Below, piece by piece: positions 1 through 8,645 of a stretch of DNA of 50,214 nt (position 1 is its first letter; each line of letters begins with the position of its first letter). Below the pieces are notes generated by a model that did no database searches, had not been told where the DNA came from, and worked only from the letters and a program-made list of their open reading frames with translations. The DNA is from Lachnospiraceae bacterium. GTDB lineage: Bacteria > Bacillota > Clostridia > Lachnospirales > Lachnospiraceae. Both the position numbers and the translations under genes were made by a program. The stretch covers positions 1 through 50,214 of the forward strand of contig JAKSSB010000001.1 in NCBI GenBank assembly GCA_024403285.1, in the 5' to 3' direction.

Positions 1-9
1 AACAAAAAC

Positions 10-36
10 TGCAGGTAACCACAAGGATTACCTGCA
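10..36 (-). terminator. Probable intrinsic terminator hairpin
   Basis: The stem TGCAGGTAA(10-18)/TTACCTGCA(28-36) is followed on the minus strand by a T-rich run. Confidence 0.55.
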
Positions 37-245
37 ATCTATTAACACTATATGTACCACGCGGACGAGATAACACGAATGTATTATTCCCACTCAAGGG
101 CATTACCCGTAATCGATGTGTTTTTCAGTTTTTTTCCTCTTGCATTTTGAACATATTTTATATAATTTCAATATTGTTTTTTGAAGAATAAAAATATTAG
201 AGCCAAAATAGAGCCATTTCTGATTTTTGTATCACTTCTATCTAT

Positions 246-791
246 TTACCATCCTTTAATTCTGTACACATACCATCTATCGTTTAACTTTACTTTTTGA
301 AAAGTATCTCTCTTATCGTCACTATCATATTGCATTACGCCTGTACTTCCTTGGCCTTGCAATGAATATATTATTTGTGTACCACTATCAGGATTGCAAA
401 ATACAATTTCTCTATCCGAAACAGCACACTCATATACTCCTCCATCTCGGGTTAGTGAACGATATCCTGAATCTATTTGATTAATATTTTCATTCATTTC
501 CTCAGTTATTGTTATTTTTTGATTATCTTCGTTTTTGTCTCTATACAACTCATATTGACAATCTCCTAACGAGTTTATTATATAAACCGTTTTTTCATCA
601 TCAAGAGACTGAAAATCTTCTTGAATAAACGCTACAAATTCTTCATAATAACCCTCATATTCTTTGAATTCGTTTCGACACTCGACAACTGTGACAAAAT
701 CGCCCAAAAACAGAAACGTCAAAAGTAATATCAATATAATAACGAACGATAATATCAAAATAAATAATATTTTAATTTTGTTGTTTTTCAT
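246..791 (-). CDS. Hypothetical membrane-anchored protein, 181 aa
   Basis: Basic N-terminus and a long hydrophobic helix, then an acidic soluble domain. An AAGG-type RBS lies upstream and the codon usage is AT-rich. Confidence 0.8.
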   Translation of the reverse strand: MKNNKIKILFILILSFVIILILLLTFLFLGDFVTVVECRNEFKEYEGYYEEFVAFIQEDFQSLDDEKTVYIINSLGDCQYELYRDKNEDNQKITITEEMNENINQIDSGYRSLTRDGGVYECAVSDREIVFCNPDSGTQIIYSLQGQGSTGVMQYDSDDKRDTFQKVKLNDRWYVYRIKGW

Positions 792-905
792 TTATTAACC
801 TTTCCATCCACAACAAATGTTGTTTCATCAATAAATGGCACATACTGTCCTTTATAGATATCAAATACATTAAATTTGTAAAATAGAGCCAATAAGCAAA
901 AAGAA

Positions 906-940
906 ACCTCGGAATACCGCATAAATACGGCATCCGAGGT
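906..940 (-). terminator. Hairpin directly downstream of guaA (terminator and/or att-flanking inverted repeat)
   Basis: ACCTCGGA(906-913)...TCCGAGGT(933-940) with inner CCG/CGG pairing, followed by T-rich sequence on both strands. Confidence 0.6.
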
Positions 941-950
941 GTTTTGTTTT

Positions 951-1931
951 TTACTCCCACTCGATTGTGGCAACGGGTTTCTCGGAGATATCCCAGAGAA
1001 CTCTGTTTACGCCGGGAATCTGAACGATTTTATCTCTCATTGTACATAATGCACTGAAAGGAATCTCAGGAACAGTAACCTTAACTGCATCAGTTGTGTT
1101 GACTGCACGGATTACTACTGCCCATCCCATGTATCTCTCGCCTACGCCGTTAACATATTTGATACCGGTAGACTGAATATCGGGGATAGCACAGAAATAC
1201 TGCCAAGGTGTTTCGGGCAATTTCTCGATTTCTTCACGTACAATTGCGTCTGCTTCTCTTAATGCTTCGAGACGATCTCTTGTGATTGCGCCTACGCAAC
1301 GAACTCCAAGTCCGGGGCCGGGGAACGGCTGACGATAAACCATGTTATCGGGAAGACCGAGTTCTTTGCCGACCATACGAACTTCGTCCTTGTAAAGGAA
1401 CTTAATCGGCTCAACAAGTTCGAAATCAAGTTCTTCGGGAAGTCCGCCTACATTATGATGTGCTTTAACGCCCTTCGACTCTGTGATGTCGGGATAAATG
1501 GTTCCCTGAGCAAGGAATTTGATACCTTCCTGCTTAGCTGCTTCTTCAGCAAATACATTTATGAATTCCGCTCCGATAATTTTACGTTTCTGCTCAGGCT
1601 CTGCAATATCAACAAGCTTATTGAGGAATCTGTCTGTAGCATCTACGTAAACGAGGTTTGCATTAAGCTGGTTACGGAATACTTCAACAACCTGCTCGGG
1701 CTCACCTTTACGAAGAAGACCGTGGTTTACATGAACGCATACAAGATTCTGTCCGATAGCTTTGATTAAAAGAGCTGCAACTACCGATGAATCAACACCG
1801 CCTGAAAGTGCAAGAAGAACTTTCTTGTCACCTACCTGAGCTTTGATCTCTGCAATCTGCTCATCGATAAAAGCTTTGGCAAGAGCGGGGGTTGTAATTC
1901 TTTCCATTGTTTCGGGACGTACGTTACTCAT
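951..1931 (-). CDS. guaA: GMP synthase, ATP-pyrophosphatase plus C-terminal domains only (no glutamine amidotransferase domain), 326 aa
   Basis: Motifs ALSGGVDSSV (PP-loop), HVNHGLLR, LAQGTIYPD, HHNVGGLP, RQPFPGPGLGVR and terminal ATIEWE. Start set at ATG 1931 after a GGAGG RBS. Confidence 0.93.
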   Translation of the reverse strand: MSNVRPETMERITTPALAKAFIDEQIAEIKAQVGDKKVLLALSGGVDSSVVAALLIKAIGQNLVCVHVNHGLLRKGEPEQVVEVFRNQLNANLVYVDATDRFLNKLVDIAEPEQKRKIIGAEFINVFAEEAAKQEGIKFLAQGTIYPDITESKGVKAHHNVGGLPEELDFELVEPIKFLYKDEVRMVGKELGLPDNMVYRQPFPGPGLGVRCVGAITRDRLEALREADAIVREEIEKLPETPWQYFCAIPDIQSTGIKYVNGVGERYMGWAVVIRAVNTTDAVKVTVPEIPFSALCTMRDKIVQIPGVNRVLWDISEKPVATIEWE

Positions 1932-2110
1932 ATTATTATCCTCCAAAAAAGAAATAAAAGTATAAAAACATTTCTAGACTCAATATAAATAATTTATAAC
2001 TTATTGCGCGTAAAAACAAGATAAAATATATCCAAAATACAAATTTTGTATCTGCAGGACAATATATAAAATAACTAAATTCTGTTTCGGACCGTTTCTG
2101 CGCACAAAAC

Positions 2111-2138
2111 ATCTGCCGGGATGTTGCTCCCGGCAGAT
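2111..2138 (-). terminator. Intrinsic terminator
   Basis: Perfect 11-bp stem ATCTGCCGGGA/TCCCGGCAGAT followed by GTTTT on the minus strand, just after the stop at 2147. Confidence 0.75.
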
Positions 2139-2146
2139 ACTTAAAA

Positions 2147-3721
2147 TTATTCGTTTACTTTGAAGTTGGCATTAAGGAAATCCTTAACTGCGTAGGTGAT
2201 TGCTTTCTGGTTAAGATAGCCCTCGCCGCGAGCCTGCGTAAGAATTGTTTTATTCTCTTCATCAATACCAAGTTCATCAAGAGCATCAAGGATGTTCTGT
2301 TCTGAGATTGTAAGTCCTTCTTTTTCGAAAATAGCCTGGTTTACAAGCATCTCTTTAACAGTATCGCCTGCTTCGATACGAACATGCTCATAATAAGCTT
2401 TCTTGGAATTCTTCTCTGCTTCGTACTCATATACGTTTTTGTAATCGAAGTCAATTCCGTACATGTCATACATAGATTTCTGATTAACGAATCCCGATGC
2501 TTCCTCTTTCTTGATAAGTCCCATCTGTGCTTTGATGATTGCTTCGGGTTCCTCTGAAAGTTCTGACGTAGGAATAAGTGTCTCATCGTAATACTTCTGA
2601 ACATAAGCATCGAAGTTTTCTTTGTATTTCTCTTCCTTGAAATCTTTAAGAAGTTCTTCTGTTGTATTGTACTGATCGGGATAATTCTCCTTAACGAAAG
2701 CATCCGTAAATTCTACGGTATTGTAAATTCCGTTAATTGTAACATTGAATACAGCAGGTTTGCCGTTGAGTTCTTCATTGCCGTAATCTTCGGGGAAAGT
2801 AACATTGATATCGAAATTCTCACCGGGTTTATGTCCTACAAGCTGAGACTCAAAACCGTCAATGAAACTTCCTGAACCGATTACAAGATCATATCCTTCG
2901 CCGTTTGAATTTCCGCCTTCAAACTCTTCTCCGTCAATCGATCCAACATAATCAAGATTGATTTCGTCACCGTCTTTGATTGCAACGGTTGCATCCTCGG
3001 AAAGTTCTTTGTTATTCTCAAGAATCTCTTTGATATGCTCATCAATTTCTTCCTGAGTAGCTTCAAGTTCGCTCTTGTCTACGGTAATCGGATTGTACTG
3101 TGCAAGTGTAACGATATCTTTAGCCGATACACCTTCGATAAATCCTGTATCTGCAAGTCCTTCGCTGTAATTCTGTGTTTCCTTAATCGAGTAAATACTG
3201 TTATAGATAATTAAGAAAGCGATTCCTGCAACAAGGAGAAGTGCGATTCCGCCCCAGACAGCACCGGTAATAATCTTCTTTTTCTTAACTTTCTTCTGAG
3301 CAACAAGTTTCTTCTTGGCACCTGTTACCGCAGGTTTCTTCTTCGGTGTCTCTTTCTTCACGGGTTTCTTGGCCGGTTTTTTCTCTTTGTCAGCTTTCTC
3401 TTCAGGTTTCTTAGTAACCTTCTCTGCAGTTTTGGCTTTCTTTGCAGGTTTCTCTTCTGCTTTTTCTTCTGCAGGAGCTTCTTCCTCATCCTTGCTTTCT
3501 TCTGCAGGAGCTTCTTCTTCATCCTTGCTTTCTTCTGCAGGAGTTTCTTCCTCGTCCTTGCTTTCTTCTGAAGGAGCTTCTTCCTCCTGAACTTCTTCCG
3601 CAGGAATACTTTCCTCTTTAACTTCGTCGTCAAGGATTTCTTCTGCTGCTTCTACTGCTTCGGCCTCTTTAGCTTCCTCTACAGCTTCATTCACAGCGTT
3701 TTCGTTGTTTTCCATTTTCAT
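2147..3721 (-). CDS. Membrane-anchored trigger-factor-like FKBP peptidyl-prolyl isomerase
   Basis: FKBP motif GDEINLDYVGSIDGEEFEGG...IGSGSFIDGFESQLVG...VTFPEDY. It is preceded by acidic repeats, a Lys-rich stretch and a TM helix (AVWGGIALLLVAGIAFLIIY). Confidence 0.85.
   Translation of the reverse strand: MKMENNENAVNEAVEEAKEAEAVEAAEEILDDEVKEESIPAEEVQEEEAPSEESKDEEETPAEESKDEEEAPAEESKDEEEAPAEEKAEEKPAKKAKTAEKVTKKPEEKADKEKKPAKKPVKKETPKKKPAVTGAKKKLVAQKKVKKKKIITGAVWGGIALLLVAGIAFLIIYNSIYSIKETQNYSEGLADTGFIEGVSAKDIVTLAQYNPITVDKSELEATQEEIDEHIKEILENNKELSEDATVAIKDGDEINLDYVGSIDGEEFEGGNSNGEGYDLVIGSGSFIDGFESQLVGHKPGENFDINVTFPEDYGNEELNGKPAVFNVTINGIYNTVEFTDAFVKENYPDQYNTTEELLKDFKEEKYKENFDAYVQKYYDETLIPTSELSEEPEAIIKAQMGLIKKEEASGFVNQKSMYDMYGIDFDYKNVYEYEAEKNSKKAYYEHVRIEAGDTVKEMLVNQAIFEKEGLTISEQNILDALDELGIDEENKTILTQARGEGYLNQKAITYAVKDFLNANFKVNE
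3464..3586. repeat. Intragenic 33-bp tandem repeat (~3.7 copies) encoding EEEAPAEESKD
   Basis: Unit TTCTTCTGCAGGAGCTTCTTCCTCATCCTTGCT recurs at 3464, 3497, 3530 and partially at 3563. Confidence 0.9.
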
Positions 3722-3741
3722 TATCCTCCGTTTGGCGCAGT

Positions 3742-5406
3742 TTACTTTTTCTGCATGTCCTCATTTCTGATTTGTGCACGCTTGATTTTACCACCGAGAG
3801 TCTTCGGAAGTTCATCTACGAATTCCACGATTCTGGGATATTTGTAAGGTGCGGTTGCATGTTTAACATGATTCTGAAGTTCTTTGATGAGTTCATCCGA
3901 AGGAGTATATCCCTTCGCAAGAACGATTGTGGCTTTAACAACCTGACCTCTGATGGGGTCGGGAGCTGCCGTAATGGCACACTCTACAACTGCAGGGTGT
4001 TCCATAAGTGCCGATTCAACCTCGAAAGGTCCGATACGGTAGCCGGAACATTTGATAACATCATCATGACGACCGACAAACCAGTGATAACCTTCGTTAT
4101 CTCTCCATGCCACGTCCTTAAGATTGTATATTCCGCTGCCGAGTGCCTCGTTTGTCATTTCGGCGTCTTTATAATATCCGACAAAAAGACCTACGGGAGG
4201 ATTCTTGTCGACATCACAAATACAAATTTCTCCTTCCTCACCGTTCTCACACTCTTTGCCCTCTGCGTTCATAAGTTTGATGTTATACACGGGTGAAGGT
4301 TTGCCGAGTGTACCCGGTTTGGATTCAAACCACTGATAGTTTGCAATAAGAACGGTTCCTTCGGTCTGACCGAATCCGGAAGCAATCTTCTTGCCGGTAA
4401 GTTCTTCCCAGCGGTTAAATACTTCGGGATTAAGAGGCTCTCCTGCGGTTGCCCAGTGCTGTACGCTCGACAAATCGTAGTCTTCAACCTTCTCCTGAAG
4501 CATGAATCTGTACATCGTAGGAGGTGCACAGAATGTAGTCAGTTTATATTTCTCAATCATGGCAAGCAGATTGTTGGCATGGAATTTGCCCATATCATAA
4601 GCAAAAACCGTTGCTCCGCAAATCCACTGACCGTAAATCTTACCCCAGCCGAATTTGGCCCAGCCCGAATCGGAAACGCTCATATGAAGCTTGTTCTCCT
4701 GAACGCGCTGCCAGTAATGTGCGGTAACGATATGGCCTAACGGATGGAAGTAGTTGTGACATACCATCTTGGGCATACCGGTTGTTCCCGAGGTAAAATA
4801 AATCTGCATGATATCCGTACCTTTTGTTGCATTCTCACCGGTAGGACGTTCGAATTTATCCGAATATTTAACGAATTCGGTGTCAAAATTGATCCATCCT
4901 TCTCTGTCGGCATCCGCAACAAAAATATTCTCGATACAGGGTGCTTCCGGACGTGCAAGTTCCATCTGAGAGCAAACATAGTCGTCATTTACACACACGA
5001 AAGCTTTGATATTTGCGGCATTGGCACGGTAAGCGATATCTTTCTTGGTAAGCTGAAGAGTTCCCGGAACAACAATTACTCCGAGCTTAATGAGACCTAC
5101 CGCACAAATCCAGTACTCCCATCTTCTTCTCAGAATCAGCATTACAACATCGCCTTTTTTGAGGCCTTTGGCTGCAAACATATTTGCAACCCGGTTGGAC
5201 ATTCTGCTTATGTCGGTAAAAGTAAAAGTCTTCTCGTTGCCGTCATCGTCGCACCACAGAAGTGCTCTTTTATCCGGTTCGCTTTCAGCCCATCCGTCTA
5301 CGATATCAAATCCGAAGTTAAAATTCTCCGGAGCGTTAACTTTGTAATTTTCTTTAAAATCTTCGTAAGAATCAAACTCGATTCTCGGTAAAAACTTCTC
5401 TAACAT
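3742..5406 (-). CDS. AMP-forming acyl-CoA synthetase (short/branched-chain acid--CoA ligase)
   Basis: Motifs YFTSGTTGMPK, GFGQTE, GRHDDVIKCSGYRIGPFEVESAL and LPKTLGGKIKR. Confidence 0.9.
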   Translation of the reverse strand: MLEKFLPRIEFDSYEDFKENYKVNAPENFNFGFDIVDGWAESEPDKRALLWCDDDGNEKTFTFTDISRMSNRVANMFAAKGLKKGDVVMLILRRRWEYWICAVGLIKLGVIVVPGTLQLTKKDIAYRANAANIKAFVCVNDDYVCSQMELARPEAPCIENIFVADADREGWINFDTEFVKYSDKFERPTGENATKGTDIMQIYFTSGTTGMPKMVCHNYFHPLGHIVTAHYWQRVQENKLHMSVSDSGWAKFGWGKIYGQWICGATVFAYDMGKFHANNLLAMIEKYKLTTFCAPPTMYRFMLQEKVEDYDLSSVQHWATAGEPLNPEVFNRWEELTGKKIASGFGQTEGTVLIANYQWFESKPGTLGKPSPVYNIKLMNAEGKECENGEEGEICICDVDKNPPVGLFVGYYKDAEMTNEALGSGIYNLKDVAWRDNEGYHWFVGRHDDVIKCSGYRIGPFEVESALMEHPAVVECAITAAPDPIRGQVVKATIVLAKGYTPSDELIKELQNHVKHATAPYKYPRIVEFVDELPKTLGGKIKRAQIRNEDMQKK

Positions 5407-5428
5407 TTTCTCAGTCCTTCTCTATATG

Positions 5429-5977
5429 TTACTCCGCTATCATGGTAAGGAAGGTTGCGGGAACATTTCCGCCGCACTTCTGGCCATGAGGGTAGGTGGG
5501 GTTAAAATAAATACTGTCGCCTTTGTTTAAAATAATCTCCTTGTCACCAAAGGTGACCACGACAGTGCCCTCCAACACAAGATTGAACTCTTCGCCTCGA
5601 TGAGAAACCAAATCCGCAGGTTTGTCGGACGGGTCGAGTGTTACAAGGAACGGCTGCATAATCATATTGGAATAATGATATGCAAGATCCTTGAACTCAT
5701 AACCGGGATAACGGTCGGCCTTCTGACCTTCACCCGCACGAACCACCTGATATGTATTCAGTTTGGCTGAAACACCGGTAAGGATTTCCGAGAAATCAAC
5801 TTTGTACATCTTGGATAACTGATATATTACGTTGATGGGAATACCCTCACCGTCCGCTTCATACTGTTTGTACTCTGCCGCAGGCACGCCAAGTCTGGCT
5901 GCCACCTCATCTTCGGTATAACCGCAAATCTCACGAAGTTCTCTTATACGCATAGCTATTTCTTTGATTTCGTCCAT
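5429..5977 (-). CDS. XRE-family HTH regulator with cupin domain
   Basis: N-terminal HTH (RIRELRE...VAARLGV...YE) and C-terminal cupin (HRGEEFNLVLEG...GDSIYFNPTYPHG). Confidence 0.9.
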   Translation of the reverse strand: MDEIKEIAMRIRELREICGYTEDEVAARLGVPAAEYKQYEADGEGIPINVIYQLSKMYKVDFSEILTGVSAKLNTYQVVRAGEGQKADRYPGYEFKDLAYHYSNMIMQPFLVTLDPSDKPADLVSHRGEEFNLVLEGTVVVTFGDKEIILNKGDSIYFNPTYPHGQKCGGNVPATFLTMIAE

Positions 5978-6032
5978 ACCTTATCCTCCTAACAGGTCAA
6001 CCCTGTTCAAGTAAGAAAATCAAGTCTGCAGA

Positions 6033-6569
6033 TTACGAATTCATTCCGATTTCAAGAGCTTTCTGGTTAAGTTCAAGCATAGCAGCTTTCTTGGCGGGAA
6101 TAACTTTCTTGATTGCTCCGTCAAGAGCTTCTTTGGTGCAGAATCCGAGCTCTTTGAACATCTTGCCTACAAGAATGATGATTGCACAGCTGTGCATGTT
6201 GTTCTCATCGGCAATCTTTGTAGCGTCTACATAGTAAACGTTAATATCAGTACGCTCAACCTTCTTGTCAATCATTGAGCTGTCAACAAGAATTGTTCCG
6301 CCGGGAACAACCTTGTCTACGAACTTGTCGAGTGAAGGAAGGTTCATAGCAATAAGTACATCGGGTGCTGTTACAAGGGGTGAACCGATTGATTCATCAC
6401 TGAGAACAACGCTGCAGTTACATGTACCGCCACGCATTTCGGGACCGTATGAAGGAAGCCATGAAAGCTCCTTGCCGTCAAGAAGTGCTGAATAAGCGAT
6501 TGTTTTACCTGCAAAAAGAATACCCTGGCCACCGAAACCTGCCAGTAAAACGTTTAATGTCTTAGCCAT
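6033..6569 (-). CDS. 2-oxoacid:ferredoxin oxidoreductase gamma subunit
   Basis: Motifs AGFGGQGIL and [10 protein letters not shown]. Confidence 0.93.
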   Translation of the reverse strand: MAKTLNVLLAGFGGQGILFAGKTIAYSALLDGKELSWLPSYGPEMRGGTCNCSVVLSDESIGSPLVTAPDVLIAMNLPSLDKFVDKVVPGGTILVDSSMIDKKVERTDINVYYVDATKIADENNMHSCAIIILVGKMFKELGFCTKEALDGAIKKVIPAKKAAMLELNQKALEIGMNS

Positions 6570-7324
6570 TAGTTGTTTCCTCCTTCCGCTGTAACATCCT
6601 TATAAACTCCCAAAGGATAGTAAGGAAGCATATTGTCCTGAAGCCACTTAACAGCTTCTGCCGGAGCAAGACCCCAGTTTGTGGGACATGTTGAAACTAC
6701 TTCGATAATTGAATATCCGCGCTTGTTAATCTGGTTCTCGAAGCCCTTCTTGATTGCTTTCTTAGCTTCAAGTACATGCTTAACATTGTCAACGGTTACA
6801 CGCTGTGCAAGAGCTGTTCCCGAAAGTGTGGAAAGAAGCTCGCATACACGAATGGGATAGCCGGCTGTTGAAACGTCACGTCCGTAAGGAGAAGTCTGTG
6901 TAACCTGTCCGGGGAGTGATGTGGGTGCCATCTGTCCGCCTGTCATACCGTAGATTGCGTTGTTGATGAAAATAACTGTGATGTTCTCGCCTCTTGTTGC
7001 TGCGTGAACTGTCTCAGCCATACCGATAGCGGCAAGGTCGCCGTCACCCTGGTATGTGAAAATGCAGTTATCGGGAAGCGCTCTCTTAAGACCTGTTGCT
7101 ACAGCGGGAGCACGACCGTGAGCTGCCTGTACCATATCACAGTCAAAATAATTGTAACTGAATACCGAACATCCTACGGAAGCAACACCTACTGTTGTTC
7201 CTTCGATTCCGAGTTCGTCAATAACTTCTGCCACAAGACGATGTACAATACCGTGTGTACATCCGGGGCAGTAATGAAAAGGCACATCCGATAATGCCTT
7301 GGGTTTCTCAAATACTACAGCCAT
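6569..7324 (-). CDS. 2-oxoacid:ferredoxin oxidoreductase beta (TPP-binding) subunit
   Basis: Motifs YCPGCTHG, VGCS, GDGDLAAIG...NNAIYGMTGGQ and STCPTNW. Confidence 0.93.
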   Translation of the reverse strand: MAVVFEKPKALSDVPFHYCPGCTHGIVHRLVAEVIDELGIEGTTVGVASVGCSVFSYNYFDCDMVQAAHGRAPAVATGLKRALPDNCIFTYQGDGDLAAIGMAETVHAATRGENITVIFINNAIYGMTGGQMAPTSLPGQVTQTSPYGRDVSTAGYPIRVCELLSTLSGTALAQRVTVDNVKHVLEAKKAIKKGFENQINKRGYSIIEVVSTCPTNWGLAPAEAVKWLQDNMLPYYPLGVYKDVTAEGGNN

Positions 7325-7326
7325 GA

Positions 7327-8391
7327 TTAGTTCTCCTTTCCTGCGAGTGCGCGAATCTGATCAAGTACCTCAGCCGGTGTGGGAATAACACCACCGGTAC
7401 GTCCGAAGAATGAAACGGGCTTACGACCGTTGACAACAAGCTTAACATCGTCAACCATCTGTCCTTTGTTCATCTCAACGCACAGGAATTCTTTAGCTGT
7501 GGGAACTGCCTTCTCGATTGTCTTGTCAGGGAAAGGCCAGAGTGTGATGGGACGGATTAAGCCGGCCTTGATACCCTCTGCTCTTGCCTGCATAACTGCA
7601 GAACGTGATACACGTGAAGAAGCACCGAATGCTACTATGACGATTTCAGCATCATCTACCATGAATGCTTCGGCTCTCTGCTCTTCTTCTTTAATCTTTG
7701 CATATCTCTCATAACGCTCGTTTACAAGGTTCTCGAGTTCTTCGGGCTCAATGTAAAGTGAGTTGATGATATTCTTCTTTCTCTGGTTCTTGTGTCCGTT
7801 GGTTGCCCAGGGCTTCTCTGCTACGGGGCCTTCCTTCTTGGTCGGGAATTCAACGGGCTCCATCATCTGTCCGAGCATACCGTCGGAAAGAATCATTGAA
7901 GGAACTCTGTATTTCTCGCCTACTTCGTATGCAAGTGAAACGAAGTCAACCATTTCCTGAATTGTTGAAGGAGCAAGAACGAACAGCTGGAAATCACCGT
8001 GTCCGAGTGCCTTTGTAGCCTGCCAGTAATCCGACTGTGAAGGCTGAATACCTCCGAGTCCGGGGCCGCCACGCTGAACGTTGATAAGCAGTGCGGGAAG
8101 ATCCGAACCTGCAATATATGAAACACCTTCACTCTTTAAGCTGATTCCGGGTGATGAAGATGATGTAAGCGCACGTACACCTGCACTTGTAGCTCCGAGT
8201 ACCATGTTGATGGCTGCGATCTCAGACTCTGCCTGAAGGAAAACACCGCCTTCCTTGGGCAAACGTTTTGACATGTAAGCAGCTACTTCTGTCTGGGGAG
8301 TAATAGGATAACCGAAGTAATGTCTGCAACCACACTGGATGGCTGCTTCGGCAAGGGCTTCGTTTCCTTTCATTAAAACTTTCTCTGCCAT
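7327..8391 (-). CDS. vorB: 2-oxoacid:ferredoxin oxidoreductase alpha subunit (VorB-like, 2-oxoisovalerate type)
   Basis: Motifs MKGNEALAEAA, FGYPITPQTE, QAESEIAA, TSSSSPGISLK and RGGPGLGGIQPSQSDY. Confidence 0.88.
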   Translation of the reverse strand: MAEKVLMKGNEALAEAAIQCGCRHYFGYPITPQTEVAAYMSKRLPKEGGVFLQAESEIAAINMVLGATSAGVRALTSSSSPGISLKSEGVSYIAGSDLPALLINVQRGGPGLGGIQPSQSDYWQATKALGHGDFQLFVLAPSTIQEMVDFVSLAYEVGEKYRVPSMILSDGMLGQMMEPVEFPTKKEGPVAEKPWATNGHKNQRKKNIINSLYIEPEELENLVNERYERYAKIKEEEQRAEAFMVDDAEIVIVAFGASSRVSRSAVMQARAEGIKAGLIRPITLWPFPDKTIEKAVPTAKEFLCVEMNKGQMVDDVKLVVNGRKPVSFFGRTGGVIPTPAEVLDQIRALAGKEN

Positions 8392-8408
8392 TTCTTTTTC
8401 TCCTTTTA

Positions 8409-8615
8409 TTATCTTTCTACTGTAATTGCAACATCAGGACACATAATAGCGCATGAAGTACATCCTGTACACTGTGACTGGTCAGTCATTGTAGCGGGAT
8501 GATAACCCTTAGCGTTGATATGGTCTTCAGCAAGTGCAAGAAGATGCTTGGGGCACGCATTTACGCACATTCCACAACCTTTGCATACACCTTCGTTAAT
8601 TGTAATCTTGGCCAT
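8409..8615 (-). CDS. 2x[4Fe-4S] ferredoxin-like delta subunit
   Basis: Motifs CKGCGMCVNACP and CTGCTSCAIMCP. Confidence 0.93.
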   Translation of the reverse strand: MAKITINEGVCKGCGMCVNACPKHLLALAEDHINAKGYHPATMTDQSQCTGCTSCAIMCPDVAITVER

Positions 8616-8645
8616 TTACTTATCCTCTCTTTCATATAATAAACT

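Larger units (their letters stand above)
84..964. mobile_element. Putative minimal genomic islet/cassette at the guaA 3' end (no integrase in window)
   Basis: Direct repeat TTATTCCCACTCAA (84-97) vs TTACTCCCACTCGA (951-964, the guaA stop region), 12/14 identical with an exact TCCCACTC core. The interior is AT-rich, with AAAATAGAGCCA at 205-216 and 880-891. Confidence 0.6.

Noticed and set aside
772-973. Two ~60-aa minus-strand ORFs between guaA and the islet gene
   Set aside because: They run through the hairpin and att-like region, overlap neighbouring genes and lack an RBS.
1932-2110. Purine riboswitch upstream of guaA
   Set aside because: The region is AT-rich and lacks the purine-aptamer junction motifs and paired stems.
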